Part shown: piece after piece, positions 54,390 through 62,851 of the stretch | Layout of the letters: the number at the start of each line of letters is the position of its first letter | Numbering within the stretch: the first letter of the stretch is position 1 | Origin: Aquabacterium sp. | Lineage (GTDB): Bacteria > Pseudomonadota > Gammaproteobacteria > Burkholderiales > Burkholderiaceae_C | DNA: 64,000 bases | Assembly (NCBI RefSeq): GCF_049317225.1 | Contig: NZ_JBMOIR010000006.1 | Span: 44,406 to 108,405, forward strand | Direction: 5' to 3' | Position numbers and translations under genes: made by a program | The notes under the pieces: generated by a model | What the model was told of the DNA's origin: nothing | The model's input: the letters and a program-made list of their open reading frames with translations, nothing else | Database searches by the model: none

Positions 54390-55351
54390 AGCGCCACGGC
54401 CACAACGCGCCCCAGCGGCGCCCGAACAAGTCCCGTGACGTCGACACCAGTCAGTGCCACGAGGGGCTGGTGGTGTCCACCCACGGCCGACACGTGGTGG
54501 TCGAATCGTCCGACGGTGAGCGGCTGATCTGCCACCCCCGCGGCAAGAAAAGCGAAGCCGTGGTCGGCGACCGTGTGCACTGGCAACACACCCTGGAAGG
54601 CGGCGACGAAGGCCTGATCGTTCAGGTGCAAGAGCGCCGCAACTTGCTCTATCGCCAAGACGAGTGGCGCAGCAAATCCTTCGCAGCCAACCTCGATCAG
54701 ATGCTGATGTGGATTGCCGTCGAGCCCGTGTTCAGCGAAGCACAGCTCACTCGTGCCCTGCTGGCGGCCAAATCTGCCGACATCCCCGCCACCATCGTGC
54801 TCAACAAGGTTGACCTGCCCGGCGCGCCCGCTGCCCGCGAGCGCCTCGCGCCCTACAAGGCCATGGGCTACCCCGTGGTCGAGTTGTCGCTGAAGTCCGA
54901 TACCGAGGTGGCCCGCGAGCAGGTCATGCCCTTGCTGGAAGGCAAAGCTACGCTGGTACTGGGGCCGTCCGGCTCTGGCAAGAGCACGCTGATCAACACC
55001 CTGTTGCCCCACGCCCGTGCCGAGGTGGGTGAGATCTCCCAAGCGCTGAACTCGGGCCGGCACACCACCACCACCAGCCTCTGGTATTGGCTGGACGACA
55101 GCCATCACAGCGCCATCATCGACTCGCCAGGCTTCCAGGAATTCGGGCTGCACCACATTGCCCCCACCGATTTGGCACGCTGGATGCCAGACATCGCCGC
55201 GCACATGAACGATTGCCGCTTCCACAACTGCACGCACCGGCAAGAGCCGGGCTGCGCGGTGCAAGCTGCCGTCGAACGAGGCGAAATCAGCCCCATTCGA
55301 CTGAGTCTGTACACCGATCTGTTTGACGAACTCAGCCGCCCGCGCTGGTGA
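54386..55351 (+). CDS. rsgA: Ribosome small-subunit-dependent GTPase A
   Basis: It has circularly permuted GTPase motifs (LNKVDL, GPSGSGKSTLIN, DSPG) and a C-terminal Zn knuckle (CRFHNCTHRQEPGC). Its start overlaps the M48 stop as ATGA. Confidence 0.9.
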   Translation: MKRHGHNAPQRRPNKSRDVDTSQCHEGLVVSTHGRHVVVESSDGERLICHPRGKKSEAVVGDRVHWQHTLEGGDEGLIVQVQERRNLLYRQDEWRSKSFAANLDQMLMWIAVEPVFSEAQLTRALLAAKSADIPATIVLNKVDLPGAPAARERLAPYKAMGYPVVELSLKSDTEVAREQVMPLLEGKATLVLGPSGSGKSTLINTLLPHARAEVGEISQALNSGRHTTTTSLWYWLDDSHHSAIIDSPGFQEFGLHHIAPTDLARWMPDIAAHMNDCRFHNCTHRQEPGCAVQAAVERGEISPIRLSLYTDLFDELSRPRW

Positions 55352-55386
55352 GCCACCTCATCTGAACAAGCAACTCTTCTGACACC

Positions 55387-55650
55387 ATGACCGATCGCCT
55401 TGCCGACCTGCCCGCCACGCTCGAAGCCTACCAACAAGGCAGCATGCCCTTGCCTGATCTGGTCTGGGCCTGGCGCGACGCTGCCCATGGCCACGAGCCC
55501 GCCCTGCCCCAGCGCTACCTCGATGTGCTGGAGCGGGTGTTGAACCAAATGGAAAGTGCCGCGCTGTTCACCGAGGAAAGCTGCTCGTTCAGCCAGTCCG
55601 ACATGGTCGGTGCGCTGGCAGACTGGCTGAGCCGGGCGCGCGCACTCTGA
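55387..55650 (+). CDS. Hypothetical 87-aa cytoplasmic protein
   Basis: The ORF has strong GC3 bias like its neighbours and is followed by a terminator hairpin. I cannot assign a confident family. Confidence 0.55.
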   Translation: MTDRLADLPATLEAYQQGSMPLPDLVWAWRDAAHGHEPALPQRYLDVLERVLNQMESAALFTEESCSFSQSDMVGALADWLSRARAL

Positions 55651-55690
55651 GCCACACGGCATCGCCCTCACCGGGCGACTGAAAAGCAAA

Positions 55691-55711
55691 AGGGCCGGAT
55701 CATCCGGCCCT
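55691..55711. terminator. Bidirectional terminator hairpin
   Basis: The hairpin AGGGCCGGA-TCA-TCCGGCCCT is flanked by AAAA and TTGTTT. Confidence 0.6.
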
Positions 55712-55735
55712 TGTTTCGTCTGCGTAGTGATCTGC

Positions 55736-56728
55736 TCAGCCGATGAGGTTGGCCAAGGACAGCAGCGCCAGCAGCAACATCCACAGCACCACCGAACGCC
55801 AGATCAAACCCACCACGCTGCGCAGGTGGGCCATTTGCGGCTCGGCGCCCGCAGTGCTGCCTTCGGCCTCAATCACTTCGGCGTCTTCACCCCGACTCAG
55901 GGTACGGCTCACATCGGGGCCGTCCACCGTCGGCGCCACTTGACCGCCCAAACGGACCCCCAGTGCCCCGGCGGCCGCCGACAAGATCGTGCCCTCGTTC
56001 GGACGCACCCACAACACCGCATGACGGCGCCAAGCGTCCACCGCATCTTCAAAGTTGCCCACCACGGCAAAACCAAATGCCGTCAGACGCGCCGGCACAT
56101 AGTCCAACCAGGCAAACAAGGTTTGCGACAGGTTCATCAGGCGATCATGCGTGGCCGCTCCGGTCACCTGGCTGCGATACGACCAATAGCGGCTGGCAAA
56201 TTCAGCCATGCGATACAAGATGGCACCCGCTGGCCCCAGTCCAACGGTCGACAAAGCCACAAACCAGAAGAAAACCCCAAACACGTGGCGGTGTGCGGCC
56301 AGCAGCGAATACTCCAGCACGTGACGCAGGATTTCGGTGCGGGGCAGTTCGCTGGCATCCAGATGACGCCAATGTGCCAGCAACTCACGCGCACGGTCTT
56401 CCCGACCGGCCTCGAGGGCATCACGGATGTCGGTAAAGTGGTGACTGAACTGCCGAAAGCCCAAGGTGAAATACAGCACGATCACATCCAGCAACAAGGC
56501 CAATACCGTGCTGTAACGATTCACCAAGGCATACACCACACCCATCAGCACCGCAGGTGCCGCGACCGTGATGGCCCACACCACCCGAGCATGCACCGGG
56601 GCACCGGCATCGAAGTTGCGACCGGCCCAACGCACCCAGCCCGACAACAAGTCATGGATGGGGTTCTGGTTGGCAAGGGGTTTGAGCTGTTCGACCAGCA
56701 AAGCGAACAGCACGGCAAAGAAGCTCAT
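55736..56728 (-). CDS. CobD/CbiB-AmpE family integral membrane protein
   Basis: The N-terminus MSFFAVLFALLVEQLKPL... and the overall topology resemble AmpE / CobD-like proteins. No other cobalamin genes are nearby, so the function is unclear. Confidence 0.65.
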   Translation of the reverse strand: MSFFAVLFALLVEQLKPLANQNPIHDLLSGWVRWAGRNFDAGAPVHARVVWAITVAAPAVLMGVVYALVNRYSTVLALLLDVIVLYFTLGFRQFSHHFTDIRDALEAGREDRARELLAHWRHLDASELPRTEILRHVLEYSLLAAHRHVFGVFFWFVALSTVGLGPAGAILYRMAEFASRYWSYRSQVTGAATHDRLMNLSQTLFAWLDYVPARLTAFGFAVVGNFEDAVDAWRRHAVLWVRPNEGTILSAAAGALGVRLGGQVAPTVDGPDVSRTLSRGEDAEVIEAEGSTAGAEPQMAHLRSVVGLIWRSVVLWMLLLALLSLANLIG

Positions 56729-56783
56729 ATGCAGATGATAGCTGCCTCGTCAGGCCCACACAGGCGGAATTGCGCAGAGCCTC

Positions 56784-57476
56784 TCATGCGGAGAGGAAGC
56801 GGTACAAATTACGCAACATCGCAGCCGTGGCACCCCAGATGAAGTACGGCTCCGTGCGCCCGGGTGCCGTCCAGGGCATGGCAAAAAACTCGGCCTGCCG
56901 ATCCCCTACCGTGAACGCCCGCCGTTGGTGGTGCCGTGGGTCCATCAAAAAATCCAGCGGCACCTCGAAGGCTTCCGCAACCTCCCCCGGATCGGGCTGC
57001 AAGGCTAACCCCTGCTGCTCATGGGCCTCGGGCGTGATCAAACCCACCACGGGCGTGACCAGAAAGCCTGTGATCGTCGTGTAGGTGGGCATTTGACCCA
57101 AAATGCGCACCCGATCTGGCGCCAAGCCGGTCTCTTCCTGCGCCTCTCGCAAGGCCGTGGCTTCGGGGCTGCCGTCATCCGGCTCGCTGCGTCCACCCGG
57201 AAAGCTGATTTGCCCCGCGTGCTTGCTCAGGTGAGAGGTCCGCTGCGTGAGCAGCACCGTGGGCCGTGGCCGCATCACCAAGGGGATCAGCACCGCAGCG
57301 GGCGTGCTGCCCTGCACAGGCAATGCACGGTCCACCCGGACCTCAGGCGTCCACACCGGAGGCTGCAGGAAACGCTGCACCAACGCATCTCGGCGCCAAG
57401 CCTCGGCAGAGACCGCCGGAAGGTGCACGTCATGGCCCAGCAAATCGGCCGCATGGGGATCAAATATCAAAGCCAT
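56784..57476 (-). CDS. Nudix hydrolase, CoA pyrophosphatase type
   Basis: The Nudix box is GGRSEPDDGSPEATALREAQEETGL, preceded by LLTQRTSHLSKHAGQISFPGG, which is typical of the NudL/PCD1 subgroup. I chose the ATG at 57476. Confidence 0.82.
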   Translation of the reverse strand: MALIFDPHAADLLGHDVHLPAVSAEAWRRDALVQRFLQPPVWTPEVRVDRALPVQGSTPAAVLIPLVMRPRPTVLLTQRTSHLSKHAGQISFPGGRSEPDDGSPEATALREAQEETGLAPDRVRILGQMPTYTTITGFLVTPVVGLITPEAHEQQGLALQPDPGEVAEAFEVPLDFLMDPRHHQRRAFTVGDRQAEFFAMPWTAPGRTEPYFIWGATAAMLRNLYRFLSA

Positions 57477-57486
57477 GGTGCCACCA

Positions 57487-57527
57487 TAACAAAACAAAAG
57501 CCGCCTGGCTTTCGCAACAGGCGGCTT
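57487..57527 (-). terminator. Rho-independent terminator of rplS
   Basis: The minus strand reads AAGCCGCCTG-TTGCGAAAGC-CAGGCGGCTTTTGTTTTGTT. Confidence 0.7.
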
Positions 57528-57552
57528 GGGAAGGCTGTTAACCGAGCGGGGC

Positions 57553-57909
57553 TCAGGCCAGCTTTTCCTTGATACGTGCAGACTTGCCGCTGCGCTGACG
57601 CAGGTAGTACAGCTTGGCACGACGGACATCACCACGACGCTTGACTTCGATCGAAGCGATCAGCGGGCTGTACAGTTGGAACGTACGCTCAACGCCTTCG
57701 CCGCTGGAGATCTTGCGGACGATGAAGCTGGAGTTCAGACCGCGGTTACGCTTGGCGATCACGACGCCTTCGTAAGCCTGAACGCGCTTACGGGTACCTT
57801 CAACCACGTTCACGCTGACGATCACGGTGTCGCCAGGGGCGAACGAAGGGATGTTCTTGTTCAGACGAGCAATTTCTTCTTGCTCGAGCTGTTGAATGAT
57901 GTTGGCCAT
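57553..57909 (-). CDS. rplS: 50S ribosomal protein L19
   Basis: The sequence is [12 protein letters not shown]...[10 protein letters not shown] chose the ATG at 57909. Confidence 0.95.
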   Translation of the reverse strand: MANIIQQLEQEEIARLNKNIPSFAPGDTVIVSVNVVEGTRKRVQAYEGVVIAKRNRGLNSSFIVRKISSGEGVERTFQLYSPLIASIEVKRRGDVRRAKLYYLRQRSGKSARIKEKLA

Positions 57910-57989
57910 CAAAAGCTCCTTGATGATCTTGCCCGCGCTCAAAATCGGTCGACATGACCGGGATGAAAGAATACAGCCGGGTAGAGGAT

Positions 57990-58010
57990 CGGAAAACCGC
58001 AGATTATAGC
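57990..58010 (-). promoter_or_regulatory. Candidate internal promoter for rplS (TATAAT plus GC-rich discriminator)
   Basis: The minus strand reads GCTATAATCTGCGGTTTTCCG, and 19 of 20 positions are identical to the element upstream of rpsP. The trmD stop codon TAA lies inside the TATAAT. Confidence 0.4.
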
Positions 58011-58792
58011 GTGAGTTGAGACAAAAAGTCTTCGTCTTTTTTCGATAGTTCGCCACGAGCTCGCGCAGCGTCGATCAATTCAGGACGACGACGGGCCGTG
58101 ATGGCCAGTTGTTGCTCCCGGCGCCAGCGGGCAATCTTCGCGTGATGTCCCGACAACAGCACATCCGGCACCGCCGCCTCGCCCCCCGGTTCGTCGCCTT
58201 GTGCGGGCACGCTCAGCACCTCCGGGCGACTGTAGTGCGGACAATCCAGCAAACCATCCGAGAAACTGTCTTGCTCGTGGGAGGCCGCGTCATGCAGCAC
58301 ACCAGGCTGCAATCGAGCCACCGCATCCATCAGGGTCAAGGCAGGCAGTTCACCGCCTGACAGCACGTAATCCCCCAAGCTGACCTCTTCGTCCACATGG
58401 GCATCAATGAATCGCTGATCGATGCCTTCGTAACGACCGCACAACAGGACCGCACCCGGCCCTTCGGCCAATTGCTGGACACGTTGTTGTGTGAGCGGCT
58501 TGCCCGCCGGACTGAACAGGATCACCGGCAAACGCGGGGCGCCACCGGCCGACTGATCCGCCCGGATGGCACGCATGCAGCGCACCAAGGGCTCGACCAG
58601 CATCACCATGCCAGGCCCGCCACCAAATGGACGGTCATCCACACGACGGTACATGCCTTCAGCGTGATCCCGCAGCGGCCACAACCGCACGTCCACAGCA
58701 CGCGACTCAAACGCGCGACGCGTCACACCCACCGTCTGAAACGGGGCGAACAATTCGGGAAAGAGAGTGATGACGTCGAAGCGAACGGCCAT
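58004..58792 (-). CDS. trmD: tRNA (guanine37-N1)-methyltransferase
   Basis: It has the motifs [24 protein letters not shown] and [11 protein letters not shown]. The 262-aa product carries a C-terminal extension. Confidence 0.93.
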   Translation of the reverse strand: MAVRFDVITLFPELFAPFQTVGVTRRAFESRAVDVRLWPLRDHAEGMYRRVDDRPFGGGPGMVMLVEPLVRCMRAIRADQSAGGAPRLPVILFSPAGKPLTQQRVQQLAEGPGAVLLCGRYEGIDQRFIDAHVDEEVSLGDYVLSGGELPALTLMDAVARLQPGVLHDAASHEQDSFSDGLLDCPHYSRPEVLSVPAQGDEPGGEAAVPDVLLSGHHAKIARWRREQQLAITARRRPELIDAARARGELSKKDEDFLSQLTL

Positions 58793-58816
58793 GATCGGAC
58801 CCGTTCAACGCCGGGC

Positions 58817-59449
58817 TCAGTAATCGAGGCCCCAGTTGGCCACGATGCGCTTGTCGGCCAGACTGACGCTGTCGATGTACGCAGAAACAAAAGGAATGAG
58901 TCGCTCGGTGCCCTCTGCCTCGCAACGCAACACGCAGTTGGGGCCGGTCTCGATCAGATCCACCACTTGACCGAGGGCTTCACCCTCGCGGTTGACCACA
59001 GCCAGACCAATGAGGTCCACCCAGTAAAACTCATCACTGTCGGGAGTCGGGAAGGCGGAACGCGACACAAAAATGCGCGAGCCCTTCAACGCCTCAGCGG
59101 CATTGCGATCGTCCAGACCTTCTGCAGTCACCACGATCACATCGCCCTGCTCTCGCGCTTGTTTGACCTTGAGGAAACGAGGCGCAGACAAACGAGGAGG
59201 CACTTTGCTAGCAGCAGGCTTGGCAGCCTCTGCCACACCAGGCTTGGTCACTGCACCGGCAGCCGCTTCGGCTGGACGCAAGAACCACTTCTTGGTGCAA
59301 AAGAGCGCCTGAGGGTCGGCCGAGAAAGGTTGAACCTTGAGCCCGCCTTTGACACCCCAGGCGTCAACGATGCGCCCGACTTCTACCGCATCCTCGGGCC
59401 AGACGACTCCGTCTTCCAGCACCGGCGACTGTGTCGAGCGATCGTTCAT
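58817..59449 (-). CDS. rimM: 16S rRNA processing protein RimM
   Basis: It has an N-terminal RimM domain (VGRIVDAWGVKGGLKV) and a C-terminal PRC barrel, and sits between rpsP and trmD. It contains an Ala/Pro/Lys-rich insertion. Confidence 0.88.
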   Translation of the reverse strand: MNDRSTQSPVLEDGVVWPEDAVEVGRIVDAWGVKGGLKVQPFSADPQALFCTKKWFLRPAEAAAGAVTKPGVAEAAKPAASKVPPRLSAPRFLKVKQAREQGDVIVVTAEGLDDRNAAEALKGSRIFVSRSAFPTPDSDEFYWVDLIGLAVVNREGEALGQVVDLIETGPNCVLRCEAEGTERLIPFVSAYIDSVSLADKRIVANWGLDY

Positions 59450-59459
59450 GCAGCTTCAA

Positions 59460-59720
59460 TCAAGCAGCAGGAGCGGCAGCCTTCTGGGCCAGACCGATCA
59501 GGCGGTTCACGGCGTCGGAAGGTTGAGCACCGTTCTTCACCCATGCGTCAACGCGATCCAGCGACAGGCGCAGGGTTTCAGCGTTGCCAGAAGCCACGGG
59601 GTTGTAGAAACCCACGCGCTCCAGGAAGCGACCGTCACGACGGTTCTTCTGTTCAGCGACGACGATGTTGTAGAAAGGGCGCTTCTTGGAGCCGCCACGT
59701 GCGAGTCGAATCACGACCAT
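59460..59720 (-). CDS. rpsP: 30S ribosomal protein S16
   Basis: The sequence begins [22 protein letters not shown].... I chose the ATG at 59720. Confidence 0.95.
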   Translation of the reverse strand: MVVIRLARGGSKKRPFYNIVVAEQKNRRDGRFLERVGFYNPVASGNAETLRLSLDRVDAWVKNGAQPSDAVNRLIGLAQKAAAPAA

Positions 59721-59881
59721 GATGTGTCCTTCAAATGGTGTTGAGCGGCTGATCTCCCCGGGAGACACTCAGGGTTAAACAGCCATAGGCCGAACAGGCA
59801 CTCACCCGCTCAGACCGCGATCCGCCCCGCCTAGATACGCGTTGGTCCACTCTCACGCAGGTGAAAGCACCCAACTCGGGC

Positions 59882-59903
59882 CGGAAAACCGCGGATTATA
59901 GAG
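59882..59903 (-). promoter_or_regulatory. Candidate rpsP operon promoter (TATAAT plus GC-rich discriminator)
   Basis: The minus strand reads CTCTATAATCCGCGGTTTTCCG, with TGCACA 17 nt upstream as a weak -35 element. It would give a 5' leader of about 170 nt. Confidence 0.45.
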
Positions 59904-59939
59904 CCAAGTCGATCGCTTTGTGCAGCTTTTGCCTGAGCC

Positions 59940-60314
59940 TCAAGCTCGAAACATGAAATACGCCGCCCCGACCAGGCACAACGCTGCCCACACATAGTCC
60001 AGCTTGAAGGGCTGCCCAAGGTAAAACACGGCGAACGGCACAAACACGCTCAGGCTGATCACCTCCTGCATGACCTTGAGTTGTCCCACATTGAGCGACT
60101 GCGCGCCGATACGGTTGGCGGGCACCTGCAGCAAGTATTCAAACAGCGCGATACCCCAACTGACGAGCGCAGCCACGAACCACGGCTTGCTGGCCATGTT
60201 TTTGAGGTGGCCGTACCACGCAAAGGTCATGAACACATTGGACGCCACCAGCAACAGCGCGGTTTGCAGCGGGATGGGCAAGGCAGACGAAAGGCTGGAG
60301 AAGAGGCTGTTCAT
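59940..60314 (-). CDS. DMT-superfamily small membrane protein (DUF486)
   Basis: The roughly 124-aa product has 4 TM helices and the FMTFAWYGHLK motif. I chose the ATG at 60314. Confidence 0.8.
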   Translation of the reverse strand: MNSLFSSLSSALPIPLQTALLLVASNVFMTFAWYGHLKNMASKPWFVAALVSWGIALFEYLLQVPANRIGAQSLNVGQLKVMQEVISLSVFVPFAVFYLGQPFKLDYVWAALCLVGAAYFMFRA

Positions 60315-60423
60315 GGAGCACAGTCTATGTAACCTTGCACACACCTTGCCAAGAGGGGGCGACATCCGCTCGCCCATACCGGATAATCCCGGGTTTTGCG
60401 AACCCTCAGCTTACCGACGCGCC

Positions 60424-61545
60424 ATGACCACGCCCACCCAACCGAACGCGCCCCTCACCTATGACCAGGCCGGTGTCAACTACGACCTGATCGACCCGCT
60501 GAAGGTCGCTGCCCAGCGCGCCGCCGCTGAAACGGGGGCCAACCTGGCCAGCCACGGCTTCTCGGAAGTGCTGGCCTCGCGCGGCGAATCGGCCTATGTG
60601 GTGGACGTGGGCCCGATGTACCTGGCTTCGATCGTGGAATGCCTGGGCACCAAGACCCTGGTGGCCGACGAGATGGCCACGCTGACGGGCAAGAGCTATT
60701 ACGACGGCATTGCGCAAGACACGATTGCCATGGCCGTGAACGACCTGATCACCGTCGGCGCCACCCCGCTGGTGGTGCAGGCTTATTGGGCTGCCGGCGG
60801 CTCGGACTGGTTCGGCGACAAGATCCGCGCCAATGCACTGGTCGCGGGCTGGAAGAAGGCCTGCGAAATCTGCAATGTGGCCTGGGGCGGTGGTGAAACA
60901 CCCGCACTGGCCGGCATCGTGGCAGACAACCGTGTCGACCTGGCCGCATCGTGCACCGGCATCATCAGCCCGAAGGAGCGCCTGTCGGTGGGCGACAAGC
61001 TGGGCGCAGGCGATGCCATCGTGCTGCTGGCCTCCAGCGGCATCCACGCCAACGGCCTGTCGCTGGCCCGCAAGCTGGCCGAGCGCCTGCCCAAGGGTTA
61101 CCTGACCGACGTCGGCAACGGGCAGACCTACGGTGAAGCCCTGCTGGCCCCCACGGTGCTGTACTCCCCCGTGACCGAAGCCTTGGCCAAGGAAGGCATC
61201 ATTCCTCACTACTGCGCAAACGTGACCGGTCACGGCTGGCGCAAGCTGCTGCGTCACCCCAAGGCACTGACCTACCGCATCACCGCCCTGCCAGACAAGA
61301 CGCCCGTGCTGGCATTCATGCAACAGGAATGTGGCCTGGACGATCACGAAGCCTATGGCACCCTGAACATGGGCGCGGGCTTTGCCTTGTACGTGGCGGC
61401 CGATCAGGCGCAGCGCGTGGTCGAAGTGGCACAAGGTCTGGGCATTCCTGCGTTGGTAGCCGGCCGCGTGGAAGAGGGTCCCAAGCAGGTGGTCATCGAG
61501 CCCCTGAACGTCACCTACGGCGCAGAAGAACTGCAACTGCGCTGA
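60424..61545 (+). CDS. AIR-synthase-related (PurM-like fold) protein, not canonical PurM
   Basis: The two-domain PurM-like pattern is present (...GPMYLASIVECLGTKTLVAD..., AVNDLITVGATP, GGGETP, SSGIHANGLSLARK) but the N-terminus and length differ from PurM. I chose the ATG at 60424. Confidence 0.78.
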   Translation: MTTPTQPNAPLTYDQAGVNYDLIDPLKVAAQRAAAETGANLASHGFSEVLASRGESAYVVDVGPMYLASIVECLGTKTLVADEMATLTGKSYYDGIAQDTIAMAVNDLITVGATPLVVQAYWAAGGSDWFGDKIRANALVAGWKKACEICNVAWGGGETPALAGIVADNRVDLAASCTGIISPKERLSVGDKLGAGDAIVLLASSGIHANGLSLARKLAERLPKGYLTDVGNGQTYGEALLAPTVLYSPVTEALAKEGIIPHYCANVTGHGWRKLLRHPKALTYRITALPDKTPVLAFMQQECGLDDHEAYGTLNMGAGFALYVAADQAQRVVEVAQGLGIPALVAGRVEEGPKQVVIEPLNVTYGAEELQLR

Positions 61546-61591
61546 ACACTGGGCAGCGGGGCACAAGCCGTGTCCCGCATGTGTTCAGTAC

Positions 61592-61618
61592 TCAATTTTT
61601 GCCAGGAATCGCCGATAA
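61592..61618 (+). promoter_or_regulatory. Sigma28-like element upstream of the response-regulator gene
   Basis: The sequence is TCAATTTT-N11-GCCGATAA, with the -10 element matching 8/8 and the -35 element 6/8. A weak hairpin plus T6 (61640-61677) lies between this element and the ATG, so the assignment is tentative. Confidence 0.3.
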
Positions 61619-61697
61619 GGTCGCTAGGGAGCTTCAGGCCCTCTTTGGACACCATGAATGGTCCTGAGAGGTTTTTTGCCTGAAACAGAAGCAGGCC

Positions 61698-62843
61698 ATG
61701 AATCGAGCCAAGATCCTGATTGCAGACGACGATGAATTGACCCTGGAAATGCTGGATGCAGCACTCCAGGATCATTACGACGTGTGCACCGTGACGGGCG
61801 GACGCCCCGCTGTTGAGAACGTGCAGCAAGACACCTTTGATCTGGTCTTGCTGGATGTGGACATGCCTGAGATGGATGGCTATGAAGCCTGCGAGTCCAT
61901 CAAGGGCCAGTTCCCAGACCTGCCCGTGATATTCCTGTCCGCACGCGTCAACATCGACGAGCGACTTCGCGGCTACCGGGTCGGCGCGGATGATTACCTG
62001 ACCAAGCCATTCGATGTGGCGGAATTGACCGCCAAGATTGAGCGTGCGGTCGAGCAACGCGCACGCCATCAAGCCTTGAACGGACAGTTCGAGGAGGCCA
62101 TGAACACCGTCTTGAGTACGGCAGACATGTATGGCGAAGTGGGGCTGGTGCTGGAGTTTCAGCGGCAACTTTCCAGTTGCCATAGTTATCCCGAACTGGC
62201 CAACGCCTTCTTCAACTCGCTGGAGCGATTGGGGTTTGATGGCTGCCTGCGGCTATCTGGCCGCCAAGGCGTCTTGTCTCGCACGGCGCGAGCCGAATGC
62301 AGCGCCCTGGAGAATTCGATCCTTGATCACATCGAGGTGAAGAACGGCGTCAGCATTCAGCCCGTCGGTACAGACAACACCAGCTACAAGTACGGCAATG
62401 TGATCATGCTGGTGCGCAAACTGCCCCAGGCGCCCGATCCCAACCAATACAGCAGTGAAGAAATTGACCGTTTGGCGCGCGCGCGTGACAACGTCGCCCT
62501 GATGGCAGAAGGGCTACTCGCCCGGCTGCAATCCCTGGATGTTGAAAGCGAAAAGACTGACCTTGAGCACACGCAAAGACTTGTCGACCTCACCCGCGAC
62601 ACACTGGTGGACATTTCGGCGCAGCAACACGCCATTCGCGTTCAACTCGAACAAATCCTCCAGCACATGCATGCAGAAGTCGAAGAGTCGTTCATTCACC
62701 TTGGACTGAGCGAAACGCAGGAGGAGACACTCTCCAACACATTGCGTCGGCACATTAATCAAGCCATGAGCGTCTTTGACCAAAGCAACCAGATTGATCA
62801 GCACATGGCTCGACTGATCGCCAAACTGGCGTCCAACGGCTAA
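61698..62843 (+). CDS. Response regulator: REC domain plus an unrecognised C-terminal region of about 250 aa (alpha/beta part, then coiled coil)
   Basis: The REC residues are intact (ADDDE, LVLLDVDMPEMDG, SAR, YLTKPF). I recognise no DNA-binding, GGDEF, EAL, HD-GYP or CheB/CheW-type motif in the C-terminal part. Confidence 0.85.
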   Translation: MNRAKILIADDDELTLEMLDAALQDHYDVCTVTGGRPAVENVQQDTFDLVLLDVDMPEMDGYEACESIKGQFPDLPVIFLSARVNIDERLRGYRVGADDYLTKPFDVAELTAKIERAVEQRARHQALNGQFEEAMNTVLSTADMYGEVGLVLEFQRQLSSCHSYPELANAFFNSLERLGFDGCLRLSGRQGVLSRTARAECSALENSILDHIEVKNGVSIQPVGTDNTSYKYGNVIMLVRKLPQAPDPNQYSSEEIDRLARARDNVALMAEGLLARLQSLDVESEKTDLEHTQRLVDLTRDTLVDISAQQHAIRVQLEQILQHMHAEVEESFIHLGLSETQEETLSNTLRRHINQAMSVFDQSNQIDQHMARLIAKLASNG

Positions 62844-62851
62844 TCGCCCAG

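Noticed and set aside
53007-55264. Two minus-strand ORFs of 347 aa (53007-54050) and 312 aa (54326-55264) lie opposite the M48 peptidase and rsgA.
   Set aside because: They are antisense mirror ORFs. The sense-strand products carry HExxH and GTPase motifs respectively.
60406-61566. A 386-aa minus-strand ORF lies opposite the PurM-like gene.
   Set aside because: It is an antisense artefact with no motifs.
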